Counted from the first letter of the stretch, positions 18,611-26,896 are shown. The stretch: DNA of 64,000 nt from Paracoccaceae bacterium (GCA_031398695.1 JANNNU010000127.1:12011-76010), one strand, 5' to 3'. Notes: generated by a model from the letters alone, not told the origin. Translations and numbers: made by a program.

Positions 18611-20404
18611 CTACTGCTTGACGGCTGTTAAGGCATCCAGCGGGGCAAGTTCAACCTGTGGCCGCAGACCCAGAAGCGGGGCGGTGCGGCGGATGATCTC
18701 GGCGGCGACCGGCACGGCCGTCCAGCCAGCGGTGCGGCGCGGTTTAGGTCCAGTGGTTTCCACCGGTTCGTCCAGCGACACGATCAGAACATAGGCCGGG
18801 TCGTTGGCCGGAAAGACCGACGCGAAGGTGTTGATCACCTTGTCGTCGTAATAGCCGCCGCCACGACGCGGCTTGTCGGCGGTGCCGGTCTTGCCCGCGA
18901 CGGCATAGCCCGGCACCTCGCCAAAGCTGGCAGTGCCGTCGGTGACCACACGGCGCAGCATGGCGGTGGCCGCAGCGGACGCCTGTGCGCCAAGGACACG
19001 CTGTTGCGGCGGGCGCGTGGTGCCCTGCAGCAGGGTCGGCGTCACCTTGAATCCGCCATTGGCGATGGTGGCGTATGCGGCGGCGAGGTTCAGCGGGCTG
19101 GACGACATGCCGTGGCCGTAGCTGGCGGTGATCGTCACGATGTCGGGCCATTTCGGCGGCAGCAACGGCTTGACCTTGGGGGCCTCGGCCAATTCGACCG
19201 GCGAAGGGTCCATCAGGCCAAGCGCGCGCAGGAACGCCTGCTGTCGTTCGCCGCCGATCATCAGCGCGATATGCGCGGTGCCGACGTTCGAGGATTTTGC
19301 GATGATATCGGACACCGACAGCAGCGGGCCGTAGTTCTTGCCTTCGAATTCCTTGATCTTGTGCTTGCCCCAATACATCGGCGCATTGGCATCGACCATG
19401 GTTTCTGGCCCGACAAGGCCAAGGTCCATGCCTTGGGCGGCCGCGAATATCTTGAACGTGGACCCCAGTTCGTAAAGCCCCTGCACCGCGCGGTTGAATA
19501 GCGGGCTGTCGCCGGGTTCGGCATCCTTGGGCAGGATCGGGTTGGGGCGGTCGTTGGGATCAAAGGTGGGATAGGACGCCAGCGCCACGATTTCACCCGT
19601 ATGCACGTCCATCAGGATGCCTGCGGCCCCCTTGGCGTTCATCATCACCATGCCGGTCGACAGGATCTCTTCCATCGCAGCCTGCACGGTCAGGTCGATC
19701 GACAGTGTCAGCGGCGTGGTGGCCTGGGCGGGGTCGCGCAGGCGGGTGTCCATCGCAAGCTCGATCCCGGCCGTCCCGATCACCTCGGCCGAGCGCACGG
19801 ATTCGTCACCGAACGCCGCCCCGCCCAGCACGTGCGCGGCCAGGGTGCCGTTGGGGTAAAGCCGCATTTCGCGCGGGCCGAACAGCAGGCCGGGATCACC
19901 TATGTCATGCACCGCCTGCATCTGTTCGGGCGACAGCACCCGGCGCAACCACATGAAACTGCGCCCGTCCTTGAAGCGGCGTTCCAGATCGGGTGCCTTC
20001 ATCTCGGGGAAGATCGCCGCCAGTTGGGCCGCAGTGCCCGCCGGGTCGATCATGTCCTTGGGATGGGCATAAAGCGCGTGGGTCAGCATGTTGGTGGCCA
20101 GCACCCGGCCATTGCGGTCGAGGATGTCGGCGCGGGTCGCGCTGACCTCGGCCCCGGCCCCGGCGCGGCGCGGTTCGGTCGGGACCGAGGCCGCCAGCGT
20201 GCCCATCTGCAATCCGATGGTGGAGAAAGCCGCGATGAACCCCGCCGACAGCATCAAAAGCCGCAACTGCGCGCGGGTGCGGGCGCGGTCGCGGGTGACC
20301 TCGTTGCGCAGACGCAAGTTCTCGCGTTCGATGCCGTCGGGGTTTTCGCCCTTGGCGCGGGCTTGCAGGATACGGGCCAGCGGGCGCAGAGGGGTGCGGG
20401 TCAT
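18611..20404 (-). CDS. ftsI: peptidoglycan D,D-transpeptidase (PBP3)
   Basis: 597 aa with an N-terminal TM segment, a PBP dimerisation domain and a transpeptidase domain with STFK, SSN and KTGT motifs. Confidence 0.9.
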   Translation of the reverse strand: MTRTPLRPLARILQARAKGENPDGIERENLRLRNEVTRDRARTRAQLRLLMLSAGFIAAFSTIGLQMGTLAASVPTEPRRAGAGAEVSATRADILDRNGRVLATNMLTHALYAHPKDMIDPAGTAAQLAAIFPEMKAPDLERRFKDGRSFMWLRRVLSPEQMQAVHDIGDPGLLFGPREMRLYPNGTLAAHVLGGAAFGDESVRSAEVIGTAGIELAMDTRLRDPAQATTPLTLSIDLTVQAAMEEILSTGMVMMNAKGAAGILMDVHTGEIVALASYPTFDPNDRPNPILPKDAEPGDSPLFNRAVQGLYELGSTFKIFAAAQGMDLGLVGPETMVDANAPMYWGKHKIKEFEGKNYGPLLSVSDIIAKSSNVGTAHIALMIGGERQQAFLRALGLMDPSPVELAEAPKVKPLLPPKWPDIVTITASYGHGMSSSPLNLAAAYATIANGGFKVTPTLLQGTTRPPQQRVLGAQASAAATAMLRRVVTDGTASFGEVPGYAVAGKTGTADKPRRGGGYYDDKVINTFASVFPANDPAYVLIVSLDEPVETTGPKPRRTAGWTAVPVAAEIIRRTAPLLGLRPQVELAPLDALTAVKQ

Positions 20405-20763
20405 GGAACGCCTTCCTGTGTCCCGATAACATCGACCGGGTTCGCGATCTCGGGGATGCTTTCATAAAGCGCGGGCGGCAGCGGGTAGGCGACCTGCGCC
20501 GCGGTGCCCAGCTGGTGCGGCTCCAGCGGCAGCAGACCCAGCGCGTCGAAGTTCAGCGTGACCAGTTCGCGCAGGCGCTGGGGGCGGTTCAGGTAGGCCC
20601 ACTCCGCCCGCTGGATTGCCAGCGCGTCCTGCAAGGCGTCAATGCGATGCTCAAGCGCGTTGCGGTCGCGGATGGCCTGTTGCGTCGCGTAGTTCTCGCG
20701 GTAGGCCCAGAAGGCGAGCGCCATCACGGCAAGGGTGCTGGCGATGTAAAGCAGCGCACGCAT
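20401..20763 (-). CDS. ftsL: cell division protein FtsL-like
   Basis: 120-aa bitopic coiled-coil protein between rsmH and ftsI. ATGA overlap with ftsI. Confidence 0.7.
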   Translation of the reverse strand: MRALLYIASTLAVMALAFWAYRENYATQQAIRDRNALEHRIDALQDALAIQRAEWAYLNRPQRLRELVTLNFDALGLLPLEPHQLGTAAQVAYPLPPALYESIPEIANPVDVIGTQEGVP

Positions 20764-20765
20764 GG

Positions 20766-21776
20766 TCAGCGTCGTCCTTTCCGTAGTTTCTCGGGCAGCA
20801 CCGGCACCCCCAGCGCCGCGTCGTCGGCGCGACCGGCGGGGGCTGCGGTGCGAAAGCCCACGCGCAACTTGGCCGAACGCGACCGGGGGTTTTCGGCAAG
20901 TTCGGCCTCGTCCGCGGTCACGGCACGCTTGGTCTTCAAGGTAAAGCGCGGCGCATCCTCGGCGCGTTCGGGGGCATAACGGTTCGTATTCGCCTCGCCC
21001 CCCGAACGCAGCTGGAAAAACCGTTTGACGATGCGGTCTTCCAGACTGTGGAACGTGACGACTGCCAGCGCGCCGCCCGGTTTCAAGGCGCGCTCTGCCG
21101 CGGCAAGGCCTGCGGCCAGTTCGGCAAATTCGGTGTTCACCGCGATGCGGATGGCCTGGAAGGCACGGGTGGCCGGGTGACTTTGACCCGGTTTGGGCCG
21201 GGGCAGCACGGACGAGATCACGTCGGACAGGCGCAGGGTGGTGATGATCGGGTCGATGGCGCGCGCCCGGACGATGGCGGCGCTGATCCGGCGCGAGGCG
21301 TGATCCTCGCCGTAAGCATAGATGATGTTGGCAAGGGTTTCCTCATCCGCGCCGTTCACCAGATCGGCCGCCGATGAACCGTCCTGCGACATCCGCATGT
21401 CGAGCGGCCCGTCCTTCTGAAACGAGAATCCCCGCTCCGGTTGATCGAGCTGCATCGACGACACCCCAAGGTCCAGCACGACGCCGTCGAGCGGCGCATA
21501 TGCCGCCAGGTCCGAAAAGGTGCCGTGGACAAGGTTCAGGCGATCACCGAACCCGCCTGCCCAGGACGCGGCCATGTCAAGCGCCTGCGGGTCGCGGTCG
21601 ATGCCGATCACCCTGTCCGCCCCCGCGTCCAGCAAGCCGCGCGCATAGCCGCCCGCGCCGAACGTGCCGTCCAGCCAGATGCCCGTAACAGGCGCTACAG
21701 CGGCTAGCAGCGGGCGCAACAGCACCGGAACGTGGGGGATGCGACCGGGCTCGGGATCGCCAACGGTCACGGTCAC
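20766..21776 (-). CDS. rsmH: 16S rRNA (cytosine1402-N4)-methyltransferase
   Basis: HVPVLL...[10 protein letters not shown]...[11 protein letters not shown] are MraW/RsmH signatures. Overlaps the mraZ stop. Confidence 0.92.
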   Translation of the reverse strand: MTVTVGDPEPGRIPHVPVLLRPLLAAVAPVTGIWLDGTFGAGGYARGLLDAGADRVIGIDRDPQALDMAASWAGGFGDRLNLVHGTFSDLAAYAPLDGVVLDLGVSSMQLDQPERGFSFQKDGPLDMRMSQDGSSAADLVNGADEETLANIIYAYGEDHASRRISAAIVRARAIDPIITTLRLSDVISSVLPRPKPGQSHPATRAFQAIRIAVNTEFAELAAGLAAAERALKPGGALAVVTFHSLEDRIVKRFFQLRSGGEANTNRYAPERAEDAPRFTLKTKRAVTADEAELAENPRSRSAKLRVGFRTAAPAGRADDAALGVPVLPEKLRKGRR

Positions 21777-22294
21777 CGTCCCGTTTTGTACTTGCTGACG
21801 CGCACAAGAGGATCTTCGTCGTCTTCCTCTTCCTCGTCGTCCATCGCGGCGAGTTCGGCGGCAAGAACCTCTTGGCGATACAGCTTGAACCGGTTCGACA
21901 CCCCGGCAAAGCTGGCCATCCCGCCCTTTTCCAGATCGTCGCCGACAAAGCCCATCTTTTCGCGCACAGGCGGCGGCAGCACGATGCGGCCGTCGTCGTC
22001 GATCTCGACCGTCGCCGACAGCATGATCAGGTCACGTTCCGCGCGCAGACGGTCTTTCGACCCCATCGGCATCGCATCGACCTCGGCGGCCAGCACCTCG
22101 GCCCCGGCAACGGTATAACATTCTACGAAATTGCGGGTCTTGCCGCCATAGACCATGACAATGCGGGTTTTCGGTGCATCGGCGGTCACGGGATCTTCGA
22201 GGTCAAGCTTGCGGCGGAGGGCGGCGGGGATCGAGACCCGTGCCTTGCTGTCCACTTTCTGGTGGAAGGTCCCTCTGAACGCCTCGGTTGACAT
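21773..22294 (-). CDS. mraZ: transcriptional regulator MraZ
   Basis: [25 protein letters not shown] and a second SpoVT/AbrB-like repeat ([16 protein letters not shown]). First gene of the dcw cluster. AAGGAG lies upstream of the ATG. Confidence 0.9.
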   Translation of the reverse strand: MSTEAFRGTFHQKVDSKARVSIPAALRRKLDLEDPVTADAPKTRIVMVYGGKTRNFVECYTVAGAEVLAAEVDAMPMGSKDRLRAERDLIMLSATVEIDDDGRIVLPPPVREKMGFVGDDLEKGGMASFAGVSNRFKLYRQEVLAAELAAMDDEEEEDDEDPLVRVSKYKTGR

Positions 22295-22333
22295 GGGCCT
22301 TTCGGCTCCTTAAGTTTTAGTCGTAAAACCCTG

Positions 22334-22382
22334 CAATAAAAGGGAATAGGCGGATCGGGCTGCTGCCACTGCCCGATCCGCC
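22334..22382 (-). terminator. intrinsic terminator inside the mraZ leader
   Basis: Perfect 12-bp stem GGCGGATCGGGC / GCCCGATCCGCC (22349-22360 / 22371-22382) with a 10-nt loop. On the minus strand it is followed by TATTCCCTTTTATT (22348-22334), about 40 nt before the mraZ ATG. Confidence 0.6.
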
Positions 22383-22556
22383 ACTGTCCCGTCTCCGGGC
22401 GTCCATGCACACGCGCCACCTGGGGGAGATGCTGCTCGCCCGCGTGCCGGATCTCTTAAACTTCGATGGGACGGCTGCCTGTATGAGCCTGTCTTTTTGT
22501 TCGCCTGTTCGGGGTCTTCGGCCGCCCCTGCCTTATTTTCCGTCCCATCGTTCGTG
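22334..22556 (-). ncRNA. UpsM-like leader-derived sRNA (5' leader of the dcw operon); 5' end is only estimated
   Basis: The 3' end is the leader terminator above. An 11-nt perfect inverted repeat (22464-22474 / 22540-22550) can close an internal domain. No ORF is present. Size and position match what I recall for R. sphaeroides UpsM upstream of mraZ. Confidence 0.5.
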
Positions 22557-22561
22557 AGAAA

Positions 22562-22606
22562 AGGGATGCCATGGGATCACATGGTAATCAATGGAAAAAT
22601 TTGGAC
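22562..22606. promoter_or_regulatory. five direct repeats with exact 10-bp phasing (candidate MraZ operator / dcw promoter region)
   Basis: The plus strand reads AAGGGATGCC ATGGGATCAC ATGGTAATCA ATGGAAAAAT TTGGAC. GG recurs at 22563, 22573, 22583, 22593 and 22603. A possible -35 TTGATT lies on the minus strand at 22591-22586. Confidence 0.4.
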
Positions 22607-22965
22607 AGAGGGTGCGAAATCTTGTGTGACACATCTCTGTTACGCAGCATCTGGTGTCCGCGATGCCCAGATATAGGCAAATTTCAGCCTTCACGCGGGC
22701 GTGACCGCTAGATGTTGTTTGGGGGAATTCTCGAGCCTACGACGGCTCCGGCCGAAAGAACTTCCAGAACGTGTTTCGTCCTGCGCCCACTGACGCGCCC
22801 ATGCGCCGAGAATCGGCAGAAACCCAGACTTTCGCCTCGGTTTTCCCAGTTCATCCCATGAAAAGTGATTCGCCGCAGACGCCGTCCCATCCAATCCCAG
22901 ACCACTGACCTGTCAGGCCCGCCGGGATCGGTCGCGCCGGGTTGCCCCGCGCGTGTCGGCCGCGA

Positions 22966-24033
22966 TCAGGCCATCCCGCCCGCAACCAGTCGCGCGGCGA
23001 GACGGGCATAGGCGTCGGCGATCGGCCCTTGCCCCGCGGCGATCGGAACCCCCGCATCGCCGGCCAGCCGCACGTCCAGCGACAGCGGAATTTCCCCAAG
23101 AAACGGCAGGTCCAGCTTGGCCGCCTCGGCCGCCACGCCGCCGTGGCCAAAGATGTGGGCCTCGTGACCGCAGTTGGGGCAGATGTAGGTCGACATGTTT
23201 TCCACCAGCCCCAGCACCGGCGTCTTGAGCTTGACGAACATGTCGAGCGCCTTGCGCGCGTCCAGCAGCGCCACGTCCTGCGGGGTGGAAATCACGATCG
23301 CTCCGGTCAGTTGCGTGCGCTGGCACAGGGTCAACTGAATGTCGCCGGTGCCGGGCGGCAGATCGACGATCAGGATGTCGAGCCGCCCCCAGTCCACCTG
23401 CGTGATCAGTTGTTGCAGCGCGCCCATGATCATGGGGCCGCGCCAGATCACCGCTTCGTCTTCTTTCAGCATCAGGCCGATCGACATCAGCGTGACGCCA
23501 TGCGCGTGCAGCGGCTCGATCGTCTTGCCGTCGGGGGACGCCGGACGCTTGCTGACGCCCATCATGCGCGGCTGGCTCGGGCCATAGATGTCGGCATCCA
23601 GCAGCCCCACGCGGCGGCCCTGCCGCGCAAGCGCCACGGCGAGGTTCGAGGCCAGCGTCGACTTGCCGACACCGCCTTTGCCGGAGGCGATGGCAATGAT
23701 GCGGTCCACGCCGGTGACGCGCTGCGGGCCGCCCTGCTGCGGGGTCGGATGCTGACCGATCTTCAGGCTGGGGGCTTTTTGCGCCGGGCCATGCGCGGTC
23801 ATCACCACCTGAACGCCCGAAACGCCCGGCAGCGCCCGCAAGGCGGCCTCGGCAGCCGCCTGTGCCGGAGCGAGCGCACGGGCGGCCTCTGCATCGGGCG
23901 CCTCGATCACAAAGCGCACCTGACCATCCTCGACCGACACGGCACGAATCAGGTCCGCCGCGATCAGCGACCGCCCGTCCGGCGTAGAGATCCGGGACAG
24001 AACCCCGGTCACGTCGTCGCGCGTCACGGACAT
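22966..24033 (-). CDS. apbC: Fe-S cluster carrier ATPase (Mrp/ApbC/NBP35 family)
   Basis: N-terminal DUF59-like domain, deviant Walker [13 protein letters not shown] and a CPNCGH motif. Start at ATG 24033, preceded by GGAG. The track start at 24105 is an extension. Confidence 0.9.
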   Translation of the reverse strand: MSVTRDDVTGVLSRISTPDGRSLIAADLIRAVSVEDGQVRFVIEAPDAEAARALAPAQAAAEAALRALPGVSGVQVVMTAHGPAQKAPSLKIGQHPTPQQGGPQRVTGVDRIIAIASGKGGVGKSTLASNLAVALARQGRRVGLLDADIYGPSQPRMMGVSKRPASPDGKTIEPLHAHGVTLMSIGLMLKEDEAVIWRGPMIMGALQQLITQVDWGRLDILIVDLPPGTGDIQLTLCQRTQLTGAIVISTPQDVALLDARKALDMFVKLKTPVLGLVENMSTYICPNCGHEAHIFGHGGVAAEAAKLDLPFLGEIPLSLDVRLAGDAGVPIAAGQGPIADAYARLAARLVAGGMA

Positions 24034-24199
24034 CGGTTTCTCCTTCGCATCGGTTTTGTGCAAGGTTGTGCGGATTGACACAAAGGGCAAGGGCTGCTTT
24101 ACCAAACGCTCAAAAATTCAGCGAAGCGCCTGTTTTTCTTGAAATATTTGTAAACAAGAGCCATGCGGTCGCTGCATGGCAGCAATGCGGTGCAGATCA

Positions 24200-24228
24200 T
24201 TGTGCAATCGCAGCAATTGGCCCATGTT
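24200..24228 (+). promoter_or_regulatory. candidate heat-shock-sigma (RpoH-type) promoter for the DUF1127/CcsR transcript
   Basis: TTGTGC (24200-24205), a 15-nt spacer, then CCCATGTT (24221-24228). This resembles the sigma-32 -10 element CCCCATNT and lies about 75 nt upstream of the ATG at 24302. An alternative is CTTGAAA at 24138-24144 with CCATGC at 24161-24166. Confidence 0.3.
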
Positions 24229-24301
24229 TGCCCTAACAGAACAGCAGGACTGTCCGGAACGATCCGGCGCGCTGATCTGAGAAAAGAATGTGAGGCTGAG
24301 A

Positions 24302-24517
24302 ATGGCATATGTGAACAGCACCCGTGTGGGCACCAATGGTCTGGCAGATCGCTTTGCCGCGATCGTCAAGGCAATTCGGCTGGCGGCACAGCGTCGGGCG
24401 ATCTACGATCGGACCGTGCGCGAACTGAACGGGCTGACCAACCGCGAATTGGCGGACCTGGGCATCGCCCGGTTGAACATCGAAGACGTGGCACGCGCCG
24501 CGGCTTACGGAAAATAA
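24302..24517 (+). CDS. ccaF1: small DUF1127-domain protein (CcaF1-like RNA-binding protein)
   Basis: 71 codons, MAYVNSTRVG...RELNGLTNRELADLGIARLNIEDVARAAAYGK, with the typical DUF1127 C-terminal pattern. Immediately followed by the CcsR-type sRNA array. Confidence 0.8.
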   Translation: MAYVNSTRVGTNGLADRFAAIVKAIRLAAQRRAIYDRTVRELNGLTNRELADLGIARLNIEDVARAAAYGK

Positions 24518-24526
24518 GGTTTTTGT

Positions 24527-24603
24527 CCGGCCTCCACCTCCTCCCGGGGGCCCATGACAAGCGCGGCGGTGCTTTTCCTCCTCCCTGGCGCCGCCGCTTT
24601 TTC
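24527..24603 (+). ncRNA. ccsR1: CcsR-type (cuckoo family) sRNA unit 1
   Basis: Two hairpins with CCTCCTCCC in the loops (24537-24545 and 24577-24585). Stems are 24529-24535/24546-24552 and 24563-24572/24588-24597. A T5 run lies at 24598-24602. Confidence 0.75.
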
Positions 24604-24632
24604 TACCGGACTGCTGGGTCCGGTTTCAGTTT

Positions 24633-24703
24633 GGTCGCCCCTTCCTCCTCCCTGGGGTGATCAGATCAGCGGCGGCCCTATCCTCCTCCCGGGGTCGCCG
24701 CGC
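24633..24703 (+). ncRNA. ccsR2: CcsR-type sRNA unit 2
   Basis: Loops CCTCCTCCC at 24644-24652 and 24682-24690. Stems are TCGCCCC/GGGGTGA and GCGGCGGCCC/GGGGTCGCCGC. Confidence 0.75.
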
Positions 24704-24740
24704 AAAAATCGGGGTTTGCGAGCCCTGAACGACGTTTGAG

Positions 24741-24817
24741 CGGCCCCTCCTCCTCCCTGGGCCGGTCAGATCAGCGGCGGCCCCCTCCTCCTCCCTGGGG
24801 TCGCCGCGCAGGTTTTA
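24741..24817 (+). ncRNA. ccsR3: CcsR-type sRNA unit 3
   Basis: Loops CCTCCTCCC at 24749-24757 and 24787-24795. Stems are CGGCCC/GGGCCG and GCGGCGGCCCC/GGGGTCGCCGC. A TTTT run lies at 24813-24816. Confidence 0.75.
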
Positions 24818-24847
24818 GGGGACAGTGTGCCCCACATGGTGTTTGAG

Positions 24848-24916
24848 CGGTCTCCTCCTCCTCCCTGAGGCCGATCAAATCAGCGGCGACCCCCTCCTCC
24901 TCCCTGGGGTCGCCGC
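24848..24916 (+). ncRNA. ccsR4: CcsR-type sRNA unit 4
   Basis: Loops CCTCCTCCC at 24857-24865 and 24896-24904. The second stem is a perfect 11-bp pairing, GCGGCGACCCC/GGGGTCGCCGC (24883-24893/24906-24916). Confidence 0.75.
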
Positions 24917-24979
24917 GCCCCTCTCCCCTTGCAGGCCGCAGATCGCCCGATAGGGTAGAGTGAGCACCGGGGGCGGCAG

Positions 24980-26125
24980 ATGCGCATTTCCATGATTTCG
25001 GCAGCCCTCGTGGCGGCGCTCGTTGGCTACGGCAGTACGATTGCGCTCTTGCTGTCGGCGGCGGCGGCGGTCGGGGCCACACCGGCGCAGACCGCGAGCT
25101 GGGTGCTGGCGATCAGCCTGGCCAAGGCGGCAGGCTCGGCCGGCCTTAGCCTCGCGACCCGGGTGCCGGTGGTGCTGGCGTGGTCGACCGCTGGTGCGGC
25201 GCTGATCGCGGCGACCGAGGGCGTCACGATGGCCGAGGCGGTCGGGGCGTTCGTGCTGGCGGGCGGGCTGGTCGCGCTGACGGCGGTGGTGCGCCCGTTG
25301 GGGCGCGCGGTCGCGGCAATCCCAGACGGGGTCGCAGCCGCGATGCTGGCAGGGGTCCTGCTGCCCTTTTGCCTCAAGGGCGCGGTCGCGACGCAAACGC
25401 TGCCGCTGGTTGTGTTGCCGATGGTCGCGGTGTTTGCGGTGGTGCGGTTGCGCAATCCGGCCGTGGCGGTGCTGGCGTCGCTGGCGTTGGGCCTGATCGC
25501 GGCATTCTCCTTTGGGCTGGCGCAATGGCCCGCGCTGTCGTGGCCCGTGCCGGTTCTGACGCTGATCGTGCCGGCGTTTCGGATCGAGGTTCTGGCCGGC
25601 CTTGGACTGCCGCTCTATCTCGTCACCATGGCGTCGCAAAACCTGCCCGGCTTCGCGATTCTGCGCGCAGCCGGATACGAGCCGCCGGTGCGGCCGGCGC
25701 TGCTGACGACCGGGGCCTTGTCGGCGCTGTCTGGGCTGTTCGGTGCCCACACCACCAGCATGGCAGCGATCACCGCGGCGATCTGCCTGGGCGACGACGT
25801 GCATCCCGACCGCGATCAACGCTGGAAGGTGGGACTGGCCTACGGCGGGTTTTGGGTGGCACTGGGGCTTTTGAGCCCGGTGATCCTGCCGCTGCTGGCT
25901 GCCTTGCCCGCCGCGTTGATGACCGGACTGGTGGCGCTGGCGTTGCTCGGCCCGCTGATGGGGGCGCTGACCGGGGCGTTCATGCCGCCAGCCACCCGTT
26001 TTGCCGCCGTCATGACGCTGGCCGTCACCGGATCCGGCGTTTCGGCCTTCGGCGTCGGCGCGGCGTTCTGGGGTCTTTTGGCCGGCTTGGCGGTGCAAGG
26101 GCTGACGCGCGCTGCGGCCCGCTAA
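24980..26125 (+). CDS. benE: benzoate/H+ symporter family membrane protein (BenE)
   Basis: 381-aa polytopic ORF, MRISMISAALVAALVGYGSTIALLL...; BenE-family features as I recall them. Confidence 0.75.
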   Translation: MRISMISAALVAALVGYGSTIALLLSAAAAVGATPAQTASWVLAISLAKAAGSAGLSLATRVPVVLAWSTAGAALIAATEGVTMAEAVGAFVLAGGLVALTAVVRPLGRAVAAIPDGVAAAMLAGVLLPFCLKGAVATQTLPLVVLPMVAVFAVVRLRNPAVAVLASLALGLIAAFSFGLAQWPALSWPVPVLTLIVPAFRIEVLAGLGLPLYLVTMASQNLPGFAILRAAGYEPPVRPALLTTGALSALSGLFGAHTTSMAAITAAICLGDDVHPDRDQRWKVGLAYGGFWVALGLLSPVILPLLAALPAALMTGLVALALLGPLMGALTGAFMPPATRFAAVMTLAVTGSGVSAFGVGAAFWGLLAGLAVQGLTRAAAR

Positions 26126-26868
26126 AGCACCGATTTCAGCAGACCCATCGCCGCAAGCCCCGCAAGCAGGAAGATGGCAAACCGCCGGAAATCCCGCGGA
26201 TCGGTGCGCAGAAAGTGCCGCCCGCCAAGCCAGATGCCCAGAACGACGATCGGGATCGACAGGGCCGCCGCATAAAGCGTGTCCCAGGTCACCAGCCCAT
26301 GCCACCACATAACCGGCGCCGAATACACATCCAGAACCGCGAAATACGCAATCAGCGTGGCGCGAAACGTGGCCGCGTTCATCCCTTGCGCCGTGAAATA
26401 GGTGGCGACCGGCAGACCACCCATGCCCGGCGCATTGGCAAGCCCCGAGGCAAGGCCTACCGCCAGATGCCCCGCGTCGCCTTGCGGGCGGGTGATCCGC
26501 CAGCCCATCAGCATCACACCGCACATGAAAAGCACATAAACCGCCACGACGGCGCGCGCGGCGTCGATCCCCACACCCGTCAGCGCCCAAAGCCCCAGCG
26601 GCAGCCCCACCGCCGCGCCGATCATCAGCATGACCACCCGCCGCCATGCAACATCGCGCCACACGCCAGCCCATTGCTGAACCGTCATGCCGAATTCGCA
26701 AAACAGCACGACCGCGACGAAATTCAGCGGATTGGTGACCAGCGCCGACGAGGCAACGATCAGCGCCGAAAAGCCAAAGCCGGAATAGCCGCGCACGAAG
26801 GACGCGACGAGAAACGCGACCGCCATGAACAGCGCGGTGGCGGGGGTGAGGTCGAAGGGGAGGGTCAT
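26122..26868 (-). CDS. TauE/SafE family sulfite/anion exporter
   Basis: 248-aa polytopic ORF (FVRGYSGFGFSALIV, GLANAPGMGGLPVATYF), directly downstream of xsc. Confidence 0.8.
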   Translation of the reverse strand: MTLPFDLTPATALFMAVAFLVASFVRGYSGFGFSALIVASSALVTNPLNFVAVVLFCEFGMTVQQWAGVWRDVAWRRVVMLMIGAAVGLPLGLWALTGVGIDAARAVVAVYVLFMCGVMLMGWRITRPQGDAGHLAVGLASGLANAPGMGGLPVATYFTAQGMNAATFRATLIAYFAVLDVYSAPVMWWHGLVTWDTLYAAALSIPIVVLGIWLGGRHFLRTDPRDFRRFAIFLLAGLAAMGLLKSVL

Positions 26869-26896
26869 GTTCGACCTTTTCGCGAGCTGAGAAGTC

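Noticed and set aside
22691-22905. Two overlapping 65-67-aa minus-strand ORFs and a 35-codon plus-strand ORF (about 22568-22675) in the apbC-mraZ spacer.
   Set aside because: They have no RBS, atypical codon usage for this genome (low GC3 in the 35-codon ORF), mutually overlapping frames and no recognisable domain. The region is better explained as leader, promoter and regulatory DNA.
24527-24916. The regularly spaced GC-rich repeats could be read as a small CRISPR array.
   Set aside because: The period is about 106 nt, with two different hairpins per unit. The 'spacers' are themselves conserved between units, no cas genes are nearby, and the loops carry the CCUCCUCCC motif diagnostic of CcsR/cuckoo sRNAs.
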